Below, in pieces: positions 7,929 through 17,080 of a stretch of 64,000 nucleotides of DNA. Within the stretch, counting starts at the first letter, position 1. Every line of letters starts with the position of its first letter. The notes under the pieces are model-generated. The model ran no database searches and had not been told where the DNA came from. It worked only from the letters and a program-made list of their open reading frames with translations. Where the stretch lies: IMG/VR virus record IMGVR_UViG_3300030331_006142, positions 66,654 to 130,653 of that record; one strand, given 5' to 3'. Origin of the DNA: a virus. The position numbers and the translations under genes are program-made.

Positions 7929-8608
7929 TTTTTTGCCCTCTTTAGGTCAGACTCATGAGCGTAGATGGGAGCCACCTCTCCTGTAAGTAGTACCTGATAC
8001 ATTCTGGAACCCCTAGCTGCGCGAGTTACTGGTCTTGCATCTGTCTTAATAACAAAGCCTACCTTGTCAACCATCTTACGACGGACAGACCTGTTGGGAT
8101 ATGAGAAGCCATCATCAGATACATTAGCAATGTCAATCTTGTTGGTTGCTCTGATTTGCACGGTATCTCCAACATTGAATTTTAACTCTTCTTCATAGTT
8201 CTTCAGGACTTTCAAGGAATACTTATTGTTGGTAAACTTTAAGAAATCCGATTCGACAAAGAAGAAATTATCTTTGTCCGATAAGGCTTCATCAACAAGA
8301 GGTCTATAATAGGGCGGATTGGCTTTGTAGTAGTATGCAACTTTTAGACAAAGGTCTCTGTGATAATCTGACCAACATTCTTTCCAGTATTGCTTCTCTG
8401 CTATAACCACATCAGTATACTTTGCTTCGATTTTGTCTATTGTCCTGATTTGGCTTTCCGAAAGATAATCTCGTTTTTTGCTTTGCTCAAGCACAGACTC
8501 AAGAAAGCCCTTTTCCCACATATCTTCTTGTGGTTCCGAGTTCTCATACACTCGGTCGAGTAAACATTCCAGTTGAAATGTGGTCGGAGTGTTCTTGGCC
8601 TGGTTCAT
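7913..8608 (-). CDS. hypothetical protein with C-terminal SH3/KOW-like domain
   Basis: LKFNVGDTVQI...GFVI...YQVL...ESDLK. Confidence 0.7.
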   Translation of the reverse strand: MNQAKNTPTTFQLECLLDRVYENSEPQEDMWEKGFLESVLEQSKKRDYLSESQIRTIDKIEAKYTDVVIAEKQYWKECWSDYHRDLCLKVAYYYKANPPYYRPLVDEALSDKDNFFFVESDFLKFTNNKYSLKVLKNYEEELKFNVGDTVQIRATNKIDIANVSDDGFSYPNRSVRRKMVDKVGFVIKTDARPVTRAARGSRMYQVLLTGEVAPIYAHESDLKRAKKCKIK

Positions 8609-8799
8609 GGGTTCACCTTCTTAAGAGAAGACCTCATGACCTTCAATGCTCTACTTTGCCCTGCCCAGAGAACAGTAACAATAGCATCGCCGCTAAAAAT
8701 ATTTGACTCAATAACTTCAACAAGAACACCAGGCTTCGCATTACGAGTGCTATTGGTGCCAATAACTAAGTCACCAGCTTTCATCCAAAACTCCTTCAT
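8605..8799 (-). CDS. small SH3/KOW-like protein (MKAGDLV)
   Basis: MKAGDLVI...GVLV...VTVLW...SLKKV. Confidence 0.65.
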   Translation of the reverse strand: MKEFWMKAGDLVIGTNSTRNAKPGVLVEVIESNIFSGDAIVTVLWAGQSRALKVMRSSLKKVNP

Positions 8800-8811
8800 T
8801 GTTATATTATA

Positions 8812-8840
8812 ATAATATCAGATACTTGTAGGTTTGTCAA
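8812..8840 (-). promoter_or_regulatory. sigma70-type promoter
   Basis: TTGACA-17nt-TATTAT. Confidence 0.7.
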
Positions 8841-9019
8841 GGTTTTATTTCAGAAATATCATACACTAATTCTGCACAATGATACCACCCCGGAGGTGCA
8901 GTGGGCTTGGTCCAAATCATGTATGCCATAAAGTTATTTATTTGCAGACATTGACCGAAGCAAGAAAATCTTGTTGAATAGTAAACTGTGTTTTTCTTCA
9001 ACGACGCTTTTTTCATCAA
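8837..9019 (-). CDS. small hypothetical protein (possibly SH3-like)
   Basis: 60-aa ORF coupled to the upstream gene. Confidence 0.5.
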   Translation of the reverse strand: MMKKASLKKNTVYYSTRFSCFGQCLQINNFMAYMIWTKPTAPPGWYHCAELVYDISEIKP

Positions 9020-9264
9020 GAATATGAGTATTCTAATTTTTTTATTCGAGCGGCAAAATTGATATTTTTTGCCGGGACATCACCCGGTGAAACAAATTCC
9101 ACCTCCGAGTCTTTGAGTTCTGCCCATTCTCCGTTTTCTTCAAAGACACAAAGATGTTTTTGCGTATTCATGTCAGTAGCGACATACATTCCAATTTTGC
9201 CCTTCAGGTCTAGGCCAAACAAGTCGTAGTGAACCAGAACTTTGACTTCTTCTCCTCTTTTCAT
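9016..9264 (-). CDS. small SH3/KOW-like protein
   Basis: MKRGEEVKV...GKIGMYV...W..L..SEVEFV; AAGGAG RBS. Confidence 0.6.
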   Translation of the reverse strand: MKRGEEVKVLVHYDLFGLDLKGKIGMYVATDMNTQKHLCVFEENGEWAELKDSEVEFVSPGDVPAKNINFAARIKKLEYSYS

Positions 9265-9548
9265 TTCGACTCCTTGCGAATGAGGCCAGTTTGCCTAAGC
9301 AAGTCAGCGATGCCCTGGGTAAGCGATAATCTAGCTGCTTCGCTACCAAAGTTACACTGCCCATTTTTTTGCTCCTCAAGAAAATCCCTGATTGCGATAA
9401 AGACTTTCTCGTAATTGTTATCTGCCTCTGAAAGGTTTTTCGTATCTAAATTATCAACTGTAAAACCAGAAGCTGTACGTTCTGTTCCTCCGGGGCCGTG
9501 AGTATCTTCTGACCATGAATATCCCTTGCCTTTTCTGATGTTTCTCAA
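9261..9548 (-). CDS. hypothetical protein
   Basis: 95-aa ORF, translationally coupled. Confidence 0.55.
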   Translation of the reverse strand: MRNIRKGKGYSWSEDTHGPGGTERTASGFTVDNLDTKNLSEADNNYEKVFIAIRDFLEEQKNGQCNFGSEAARLSLTQGIADLLRQTGLIRKESK

Positions 9549-9796
9549 CGTGAAAACTCGCTTTCGTTTGCTACCAACAGCAATGAATCAGCCAACTCGA
9601 ATGCCGAAGCAGCGTCCAAGTCTATTCTGTAGTCCCCTCCGATGAGGAGAGTGACGCATCTATTTTCTTGGAAAATTTCCGCTAAAATTACATCTCCGTC
9701 CGGAGTGTTCAAATAAAATTCATTCTTCTCTGAAGTCACTTTTCTCTCTTTTTTGTTACCTGCGCAGGTTCTTCTTGGATTTGTTGCAGCTTCCAA
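9545..9796 (-). CDS. hypothetical protein
   Basis: ORF in operon; true start probably the GTG near 9739. Confidence 0.5.
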   Translation of the reverse strand: MEAATNPRRTCAGNKKERKVTSEKNEFYLNTPDGDVILAEIFQENRCVTLLIGGDYRIDLDAASAFELADSLLLVANESEFSR

Positions 9797-9954
9797 TATT
9801 TATACTTAACTATGCTGCCCTCCATAAGGCCAGATTCTATAATCACATTATAGTGGTCTTCGCCGATTCGGCCGACGATTTTACCCCTTGTTTTCAAGGG
9901 CTTGCCAAATGGATAATCCAAAATCCACACTTTTGTATTTCTTTTTAATGCCAT
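9736..9954 (-). CDS. small SH3-like hypothetical protein
   Basis: MALKRNTKVWI...RGKIVG...YNVII. Confidence 0.55.
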   Translation of the reverse strand: MALKRNTKVWILDYPFGKPLKTRGKIVGRIGEDHYNVIIESGLMEGSIVKYKYWKLQQIQEEPAQVTKKREK

Positions 9955-9988
9955 ACTATAAATATGACATAGCAAATAAAATAGCGCT

Positions 9989-10909
9989 CTAAGAATCGCG
10001 GAGCTTTAACAGAGCCTTTTCTTTCTTTTTACATTCTAGCATAATATCATGCTGCTGTCCATAAGAATTTACTGGCTTTTTGATAAAATCTGAATGAGCT
10101 TGTGGGCGAATTTTTGGGTCGCCCTGTTCAACAGCTCTCGACTCTGAGACGTGAACAACGGGGTCGATTCCTTCTGGCCAGGTTGAGGCTGCGAGTTCGA
10201 GGGCTTTTCGCTCTGTGAGTCCTCCTGTGCAGAATCTATGGTGATGGTAATCGAAAACAATCGGGATTCCAGTTTCGTGATAAATCTTTTCATAAATTTC
10301 CTTTACAGACCACATGCTCGCTTTGTCGTCATTCTCCAATGTAAAGCGCATCTTAGTGTTTTTGTCCAAACCTCCTGGCTTGTGGAAATTTTCAATGAAA
10401 CGCTTTGCTGTCGCTTCTTTGTCTCCATATGTGCCGCCGACGTGGATGTTGATTTTGTTGTAGTGACTAGGAAAGAAGCCCATCATGTCAAAAATGCGAG
10501 AATGGTTGTTCAGTTCCTTATACGTTTTTTCCACAACACCTTGCTTTGGCGATGCCAGGCAGCAGAACGGCCCGGGATGAAAAGTTAAGCGGTGACCGTT
10601 AGAGACTGCGTACTCGCCAATCCTAGCTAGGGTCCTACGGATAATGGAAATGTCCGGCAAATCGTCGTACTCGTACTCTGAGGCCCAAGGGAAGATGTCT
10701 GACGACATGCGATAGAATCTAATGTCTTGTTGTTCGTTCCAATCGAGAATCTTTTCAAGGTCGAGCACGTTTTGCAATGCTAGTTCACTCGCACGATGGA
10801 GACCCTCCTTGAGGAAAGTTCGCTTAATCATTGAGCGGTTGGTTGTAATACGCTTAGATTTAGGCACATCAGATAGGGTCATGTTGATACAGGCGTATCC
10901 GTAGTTCAT
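9989..10909 (-). CDS. uvsE: UV DNA damage endonuclease
   Basis: GYACIN, FYRMSS..FPW, RLTFHPG, INIHVGG, LENDD, VFDYHHH, AHSD, IMLECK motifs. Confidence 0.93.
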   Translation of the reverse strand: MNYGYACINMTLSDVPKSKRITTNRSMIKRTFLKEGLHRASELALQNVLDLEKILDWNEQQDIRFYRMSSDIFPWASEYEYDDLPDISIIRRTLARIGEYAVSNGHRLTFHPGPFCCLASPKQGVVEKTYKELNNHSRIFDMMGFFPSHYNKINIHVGGTYGDKEATAKRFIENFHKPGGLDKNTKMRFTLENDDKASMWSVKEIYEKIYHETGIPIVFDYHHHRFCTGGLTERKALELAASTWPEGIDPVVHVSESRAVEQGDPKIRPQAHSDFIKKPVNSYGQQHDIMLECKKKEKALLKLRDS

Positions 10910-10940
10910 GATTGTTCCTTGTTGTTATGGTTGTTTATAA

Positions 10941-10969
10941 AGTATAACTTATTTGTTTATGAATGTCAA
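10941..10969 (-). promoter_or_regulatory. sigma70-type promoter
   Basis: TTGACA-17nt-TATACT upstream of uvsE. Confidence 0.75.
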
Positions 10970-11265
10970 TCAAAAAAATAACAGTTTTCTCGCTGCCACT
11001 CTAGATTTCTTTCTGCGCAATCTGAACTTCTAAGGAGCCAACAAAAATCAGTCTCAAAACCTGTGGAACATTGATGAGTACAGCTTTCCGCAGAAGGACT
11101 CATCAATCCATGAATCTCCGTGTCAACGCTGTAGCAGACCCAGACACTATCCGGGCGACTTGGGGATGATGGGCTACCAGCACTTAAAGTGGATTCATAT
11201 GTCGGCTGAGTTTGCTCTAGACAGGAGACAATCAAAATGGAAAAAATGATAATAACCCGACTCAT
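10966..11265 (-). CDS. Cys-rich putative lipoprotein
   Basis: Hydrophobic N-terminus ending LIVSC, followed by six further Cys. Confidence 0.55.
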   Translation of the reverse strand: MSRVIIIFSILIVSCLEQTQPTYESTLSAGSPSSPSRPDSVWVCYSVDTEIHGLMSPSAESCTHQCSTGFETDFCWLLRSSDCAERNLEWQRENCYFFD

Positions 11266-11696
11266 TCTTCAGATATTTCCAAGGCGCCAAAATTGTTCGC
11301 GGTGTCGGTCAGGCGCCATCCGTATTCTTCTACAATTTTTTCTACAATTTTTCTCATTTTGTCTGACTTTCCTGTCACTATCTTGCATGGAAGCTCAACA
11401 AAGTTCAAGAATTCTCTCACTTTTTCATCCACCTTGTCGTGCTGAGTACCGTGCAAATCTAACATGCGGTCTGTTCTTTTTTTTCTTCTTCTTTTTGTGT
11501 TCGCATATCTTACATCAACGTCTGGGAGCTTTTTGCTGTCAATTGAGTTCCAGACATGTGCTTTTGAAGTTCTACAAACCCTTTCGCGAAAAAAATAATA
11601 TACGTAACCCTTTGTTACCTTAGTCACGACCCCAGCATTTTCGCCTGCTACTAAAAGGTCTCCTTTTTTTAATTTATACAGTTTCATCACTCTCAC
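11262..11696 (-). CDS. Smr/MutS2-domain protein with N-terminal KOW-like domain
   Basis: LDLHG...KIVTGK...NFGAL Smr motifs; N-terminal LKKGDLLV. Confidence 0.75.
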   Translation of the reverse strand: MRVMKLYKLKKGDLLVAGENAGVVTKVTKGYVYYFFRERVCRTSKAHVWNSIDSKKLPDVDVRYANTKRRRKKRTDRMLDLHGTQHDKVDEKVREFLNFVELPCKIVTGKSDKMRKIVEKIVEEYGWRLTDTANNFGALEISEE

Positions 11697-11985
11697 CTAT
11701 TTTTGGAAGCTCCAACTTGAAAAGCCAGTTTGTAGAAACTAGCCCCGATGTATCACTAATTTTATTTTTCTTTGAAACCATCTTCTTAAAAAAAAATTCA
11801 TGGGCTGTGTTTGGCAACATCTGCACTACTGCCACTTCGCGGTGGTTTCTGTTTTTTCCACTTTCATTATACCCATAAACATCAACTATGTCAAGAAGAA
11901 TCCCAATCCAAACTTTTCCGTAAAGAACGTGATATACAAGGTCACCTACCTTGAGTTCTCTGATTTTCGATTTCTTGCTCTGCAT
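11674..11985 (-). CDS. SH3/KOW-like protein (LKVGDLV)
   Basis: ELKVGDLVYHV...GILL. Confidence 0.65.
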   Translation of the reverse strand: MQSKKSKIRELKVGDLVYHVLYGKVWIGILLDIVDVYGYNESGKNRNHREVAVVQMLPNTAHEFFFKKMVSKKNKISDTSGLVSTNWLFKLELPKIGESDETV

Positions 11986-12135
11986 AGTGTGCCACGACCC
12001 CCAAAGTAATTAAGGAGGTAATCCACAGAACAATCAAAATAGGCATAATTTTATCCAAAATTTTCAAAATAATAAAAAATATAAGCAGTAATCAAGGCTG
12101 ATGCAATCGCGCAGGGCCAATCGATGCCCCTCCCA

Positions 12136-12729
12136 TTAAACATAAGTATTTACACTTGTTAATGCAGCCAAGTCATTTAGTATACCCTGCACAACGTCGT
12201 ACCTATTCCTCTTCTTCGCGTCGTCTAGAAAGAGCCTCAAAGAGCGAAATGTCCTATCGCAATTTACATAAAACTCAAAAGACTTGATTATAGACTCAAA
12301 ACTTGCATTGACTATTGACTTCGAAGTTGTGGTGAAGTCCGCTCTATCATTCTGAGCAGTTTTGAGAGAAAAGGTCACACAAACTTTAGCATCTGAGGCC
12401 GAGGTCTTGCTCGAATAGGAAAACGCTGGGAGGACATTCAACCCAACCAAACTAATGCTCCCAAGAGACGGATATTGTGGCGTAAGCAATCGACTACAAC
12501 AGGAGAATACTGCGTCCACGAAGCCACAGCCCTCTGCAGAGGAAAAAGAATGCTGGTACACCTGTTTGCCGCGGCGCTCTTCAAAGGAAAAATCTACATT
12601 TGTTTTTTCGCAGTCAGCGGTCTCGGTGATGCAAATTTGACCTGGGACAAAGCATGTCTTTTCTGATTTCAGAATTTTGTCAAAAATAGCTTTTATGTTC
12701 TCTCTTTTGAAATCACCGGGGGTTTTCAT
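12136..12729 (-). CDS. hypothetical protein resembling the LeuA (isopropylmalate synthase) regulatory domain
   Basis: AEGCGFVDAVF recalls GNGPVDA; ASDAKVCV and SIVNASFESI recall the LeuA dimer-domain pattern. Confidence 0.45.
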   Translation of the reverse strand: MKTPGDFKRENIKAIFDKILKSEKTCFVPGQICITETADCEKTNVDFSFEERRGKQVYQHSFSSAEGCGFVDAVFSCCSRLLTPQYPSLGSISLVGLNVLPAFSYSSKTSASDAKVCVTFSLKTAQNDRADFTTTSKSIVNASFESIIKSFEFYVNCDRTFRSLRLFLDDAKKRNRYDVVQGILNDLAALTSVNTYV

Positions 12730-12730
12730 T

Positions 12731-15247
12731 TTATTCTAGTCTTTCTAAACCTGCTGAAACTTTGAATACACTTTGGACGTTTGTCAGCCTCTTTGTGTCT
12801 CTTATGATTCTTGACTTTACATCTTCTGGAGCATTCATCTGCCCGGGGACAGATGGTATAAACTTTACTGAGAGACCTGCTATGTATCTTCCTTCTGATA
12901 TTTTCTGGTTTTTAATAACAACAGTAACAATTGTCACATTTGGAAGTGCGCGAAGGTCTGCCAGTATATCATCAAGGCCGCGGGAGCGATTCTCTTCAAG
13001 AGTGAGGCCGTAAGACAACATACAATAGAATTTGTAAATACCTCGCTGGCGGCTTCTTCCTTTTTCTTCGTTTATTGTTTCTTCTATCTTACTATAAAAT
13101 TGATTCTTTGTCAAGCGTTCTCTGCCAAAATATTTCTGTATTTGCTCTTGAAGCTTTTCTTTTTCTTTTCTTGCTTCTATATTTATGTTGCGTTGAATAT
13201 TTTTCCTCTGCCTTTTAATAGAATATTTTAGCTCTCTTTCTTGTTCAGAATTAAGCGTTGCCGTGTCAACCACTCGGCCTGTATTTCTTATTTCGGAGCC
13301 TGCCCATTTTTCTACAAAAAGAGGGTCTAGTAACTCGTTGTCTAGTATCCATTGGGCCAACTCTGTGTCGAGGTTAAACAAAATCTGTCTCAATCTTCTT
13401 GCGAAAATCTTAGCGTATGCGGTATAGCGGTATCCTTGTGTCGGCATATGCCGGTCGTCTTTCATGTAAGAATTGTAGATTAGTTTCTTTTTAATATCAA
13501 TATCAACCCCAGGATACGCTATTACTTTGTTTGTTATCTTGGAACTGTTTGTTCCAGATGTTTTTGACGTGTATTCTACAAAATAATCAACAACTTCTTG
13601 TGGGAGCTTTGGTAATTCCGAAAGAGCAACAAGAAGTCGGTCTTGTGCAGTTTTTACTAAAATCTTTTTCCCTTCTTTTGATTTTTGGAAATCAAATATC
13701 CTTTTGACTGTGGCTTGGTTTGCAACGATGACGTCAGACCTAAAATTATCATTTGCCCTTGTAATTTTTGCATATTCTGGGCTGGCCGTGTGCAGATAGT
13801 GTGCAAGAGTAGTTATGTATACATTGTTGGTGGGCCGACTACTTGATGCTTGCCTTTGAACCATCTCTGGTGACAATAAGAAATCTACTATCTCTTGCCT
13901 TGCTTTCGGGTCTTGGCGAGCGATTGTGGATAAAAAGAAGACCTGCTGCTTTCGCAAAGAGTTCCTATCATTTTCATCATCCCTAGGTGTTGGGTCAAGC
14001 AACTCATCTTTCATCTCTTCATACACTGCTCTGGCAAGGATGTGGTTTGTTTCTTTACCGTAGTGCTCTAAATAATTTTGCTGTGAGCCCGGGCTTAACA
14101 TGGGTTCTATGTGAGCGCCAATGCCAGCACGGTACCCCAACTTTGCTATTCGTACTATATCTGGTAGCTCTAGATATCTATTTTCTGATAACCTGTCGAT
14201 AATATTATGAAGATGTCGCTGGTCTTTTTCTTCGCCCCAAAGACGCATTTCATCAAGATACTCATTGCCGCCCCTCTCTGCCACTATTCCCTCAAACCTA
14301 TCTAATATGTACCGAACCACCTCGGGGTCGTTGTGGCTGGCTCCTTCCTTCGCCATATAAGCGTTTTCAAAAAACTTGTCACCCTCCAGCTCAGCCTGAA
14401 AATCCTCTACTCCAAGGATAGCCTGGTAATCGCCGTTGGTAATATAGTCGAAGTCTGTGGTCTTTAACCACTGTTTTATCATTGGGCGATACTTTGGAAC
14501 TGGTGGTTCGTTCTGTTTTCCTTTTATTTGGTCCACTCTTCCACCACTCACAACCTCTATTGTTGCATGAGGCGTGTTACTGCGATTGCGGAGAGAATAA
14601 ATAGTGACTCTGCCTGATGCGACTGAGTCACAATACCCTCCGACACAGTGGCCCATGTTGTCACCTTCAGTCCCCAAATCTTCTGGGGGGACTTTGACAA
14701 TAGTAAAACCGTTTCCAAAGTCATACACAACGTCTTTAGTTTTGTACGGGCCTGCGTCGTCCTCTTTACCCTTGAACTGTTCGTGCCACTCTTCAGACAA
14801 ATCAAATACTTGTTGAAAAGTCATTTCCCAGATATTCTGTGGGATATTTTGAGCCCCGTTAAAGTAATCTGCAATGTACCTTACATCATTGTTGTATACC
14901 CTTAGTTCTTCAGGGCGGTCAATAGTGTCCACGAACCCATTAACTTCAGTTTCATTATAGCGGATTGCATTGCCGAGCCATTTAGCAAACCTTTTTCTGC
15001 CAATATTCGGAAAATGATTATCTGGTAGCGACTCCATCCAGTCTACAATTCCTGTCGGAAATATTGGATTTAGATATTTAGGGTCACGTTCCAAGCCTTG
15101 GATGCGAGCAAAGTAATCTCGTATCTCTTCGTCTTGAAACTTGGGCATCTCTTTCTGTATTGCCTTTATGTTTATGTTTCGCAGAATTTTTGCGTCTTGC
15201 TGCGCTTCTTGAAGATATTGCTTCCACTTGCTGTAAAAATTTGACAT
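12731..15247 (-). CDS. large protein with PcfJ-like domain
   Basis: DLGTEGDNMGHCVGGY...IYSLR...PHATIEV...QIKGKQN. Confidence 0.7.
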   Translation of the reverse strand: MSNFYSKWKQYLQEAQQDAKILRNINIKAIQKEMPKFQDEEIRDYFARIQGLERDPKYLNPIFPTGIVDWMESLPDNHFPNIGRKRFAKWLGNAIRYNETEVNGFVDTIDRPEELRVYNNDVRYIADYFNGAQNIPQNIWEMTFQQVFDLSEEWHEQFKGKEDDAGPYKTKDVVYDFGNGFTIVKVPPEDLGTEGDNMGHCVGGYCDSVASGRVTIYSLRNRSNTPHATIEVVSGGRVDQIKGKQNEPPVPKYRPMIKQWLKTTDFDYITNGDYQAILGVEDFQAELEGDKFFENAYMAKEGASHNDPEVVRYILDRFEGIVAERGGNEYLDEMRLWGEEKDQRHLHNIIDRLSENRYLELPDIVRIAKLGYRAGIGAHIEPMLSPGSQQNYLEHYGKETNHILARAVYEEMKDELLDPTPRDDENDRNSLRKQQVFFLSTIARQDPKARQEIVDFLLSPEMVQRQASSSRPTNNVYITTLAHYLHTASPEYAKITRANDNFRSDVIVANQATVKRIFDFQKSKEGKKILVKTAQDRLLVALSELPKLPQEVVDYFVEYTSKTSGTNSSKITNKVIAYPGVDIDIKKKLIYNSYMKDDRHMPTQGYRYTAYAKIFARRLRQILFNLDTELAQWILDNELLDPLFVEKWAGSEIRNTGRVVDTATLNSEQERELKYSIKRQRKNIQRNINIEARKEKEKLQEQIQKYFGRERLTKNQFYSKIEETINEEKGRSRQRGIYKFYCMLSYGLTLEENRSRGLDDILADLRALPNVTIVTVVIKNQKISEGRYIAGLSVKFIPSVPGQMNAPEDVKSRIIRDTKRLTNVQSVFKVSAGLERLE

Positions 15248-15303
15248 AGTAATACTATAACCTTTTTACTATAAATAGTCAAGTGGAAGCTAAGGTGTTT
15301 GTT

Positions 15304-15732
15304 TTATTCGATATCAATCGAAACTGGCTTTGCTTCAGGTCTTTGTGGGACCCTCACCGTCAAGAGGCCGTTCTCAAAGGATGCTTTAGCGTTTGATAAA
15401 TCTAAGTTATCATCGTAGTTTACATAGGTCCTAGTAAAGTTCCTACGAGCAATTCTTTTCCTTTTCAAATTTTCCTCATTGGCGTTGCCAGTAATTGTTA
15501 TCGTCCTTTTACCGGGCTGTATATCAATAGCCAACTCTTTCTTCTTGAAACCAGCCAAAGCAAACTCCAACACTGTTGAGCCATCGTCATCTCGATAAAT
15601 GTCGGCAACTGGATAGCCCTGTGTTGATGCCTTTAGGTGAGTTGGAAAGTCACTAAAAAAGTTGTCAAAAACCTCATTAATGACTTTATGTCCCAGTAGA
15701 CCCGGGCGGTATGTGGTAGTAATTGCATTCAT
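15304..15732 (-). CDS. small heat-shock protein (Hsp20/IbpA family)
   Basis: YPVADI, LEFALAGFKK, IARRNFTR, ASFENGLLTV; start at 15732 after AAGGAGG. Confidence 0.92.
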   Translation of the reverse strand: MNAITTTYRPGLLGHKVINEVFDNFFSDFPTHLKASTQGYPVADIYRDDDGSTVLEFALAGFKKKELAIDIQPGKRTITITGNANEENLKRKRIARRNFTRTYVNYDDNLDLSNAKASFENGLLTVRVPQRPEAKPVSIDIE

Positions 15733-15805
15733 TATTGTTTCCTCCTTATTAAGCAAGTTACTTTTTGTTGTTTATGGTCAGTTCCTTTCGGCAACCGTCC
15801 CATAA
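15733..15805 (-). promoter_or_regulatory. structured 5'UTR of hsp20, ROSE-like RNA thermometer candidate
   Basis: GAAA-capped hairpin followed by UUGCU next to the AAGGAGG SD; TTGACA-16nt-TATAAT promoter at about 15810-15837. Confidence 0.5.
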
Positions 15806-15833
15806 GTATATTATAATCACAAATTAAAAGATG

Positions 15834-16178
15834 TCAATAAAAAAGTTGAATTAAAATTATAAGAATCGCTAAAGACAAGCAAATCATAGTTTTTGCGGTG
15901 AACATCGACTCAGATAAAAGAAACCAAGTCAAAATTGGAAATATTATTATTCCCGTTGAAGAGCCTATAAATCTGGCGGACCAAACAGAGCCTGTAGATT
16001 CAACAACTATACGCCAGGCGTACCAAAAAGCTATAGATGTTGGCGCGCCAATCAAAAACGCAGCCTCAATGGGTCTATCTTTCCACCACTCTGAAACATA
16101 TTGTGCGTTCAGTTGAAACCACCCCAACACCTGTCCCACTAAAAAAAGAAATATTCCAATATAAATCATGGGCGTCAA
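15834..16178 (-). CDS. small multi-pass membrane protein (SMR/DMT-like)
   Basis: Four hydrophobic segments in 114 aa; ILTWFLLSE recalls SMR C-terminal pattern. Confidence 0.6.
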   Translation of the reverse strand: MTPMIYIGIFLFLVGQVLGWFQLNAQYVSEWWKDRPIEAAFLIGAPTSIAFWYAWRIVVESTGSVWSARFIGSSTGIIIFPILTWFLLSESMFTAKTMICLSLAILIILIQLFY

Positions 16179-16543
16179 TTTTCCAAAAAACGTATGTTTC
16201 CAATTCCAAGCTCAAAAGATGTCATAAGGGAGTGAGCGATAGTAGCTATGACTTTCACTTCTGCGCCTGGCAGGAAGACAGACTCTACATACGCTTCCTT
16301 AGCTTGTTCTATCAAATCTGATAAAGTTGACATTAGGGCCCTGCACGAAACATTCAATTCCATTAAAATCATAACATCGGGATTGGATAGACGATACTGT
16401 CCCATGTAATGGCCTTCCATTAAGGAATCAATCTTTTCTAGATTCTTTGCTACCGGACCATACAAGCCTTTTAGTGTGGTCACACCAATCTCGGCTAAAG
16501 GCTCCTTGACATCACTCAATTTAGCCTCCTTGGCCGTCATCAA
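16175..16543 (-). CDS. hypothetical protein
   Basis: 122-aa ORF coupled to its neighbours. Confidence 0.6.
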   Translation of the reverse strand: MMTAKEAKLSDVKEPLAEIGVTTLKGLYGPVAKNLEKIDSLMEGHYMGQYRLSNPDVMILMELNVSCRALMSTLSDLIEQAKEAYVESVFLPGAEVKVIATIAHSLMTSFELGIGNIRFLEN

Positions 16544-16790
16544 GATAGTCTAAAAGGTCAGTGTAGCCACCAACCTTTTTGGTATATCCAGTCTCTAAAT
16601 CGTTAGACAATATAATTGGAACAGTTTCCTGATTATGAAAAGACTTGTAGTCATCTAAGATTTCAGACCTATCGCAATAATCTAAAAAAACATATTGCTT
16701 TCTTTGGGCGGACAAGAAATTTTGTGCCATGATACAAAAACTACAACTGGACCTTCCAATAATTATATACCTCTGTTTTTTGTTATCCAT
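16521..16790 (-). CDS. glutaredoxin
   Basis: CSFC, TVPII, VGGYTDL motifs. Confidence 0.9.
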   Translation of the reverse strand: MDNKKQRYIIIGRSSCSFCIMAQNFLSAQRKQYVFLDYCDRSEILDDYKSFHNQETVPIILSNDLETGYTKKVGGYTDLLDYLDDGQGG

Positions 16791-17073
16791 TCAGCAAAAT
16801 CCTTTTTCCTATTTGCGATTCCTCGATTTGAGAAAAAAGTTCTTCACTTGAGCCGAAAACAACAATTTCTTCTGTTTTGTGGCCATGGGATAACCTAACT
16901 ACACAAAACCTTTTATCAGAGTGCTCTAATCCCTCTGACTTCAGAAAGTCTTCCACTCCAGAGTGGTCTGATATAGATACGATATTAGAAGGATTTACAT
17001 ATAAAGGTTTTGAGGTGACCTCTCTTTTATATCCTTGGTTTTCAACCGAAAGTGTTAATAATTTTAATAACAT
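16783..17073 (-). CDS. hypothetical protein, FlbD-like
   Basis: MLLKLLTL...PLYVNPSNIVSI...IVVFGSSEEL resembles the FlbD family pattern. Confidence 0.45.
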   Translation of the reverse strand: MLLKLLTLSVENQGYKREVTSKPLYVNPSNIVSISDHSGVEDFLKSEGLEHSDKRFCVVRLSHGHKTEEIVVFGSSEELFSQIEESQIGKRILLNG

Positions 17074-17080
17074 ATAAACC

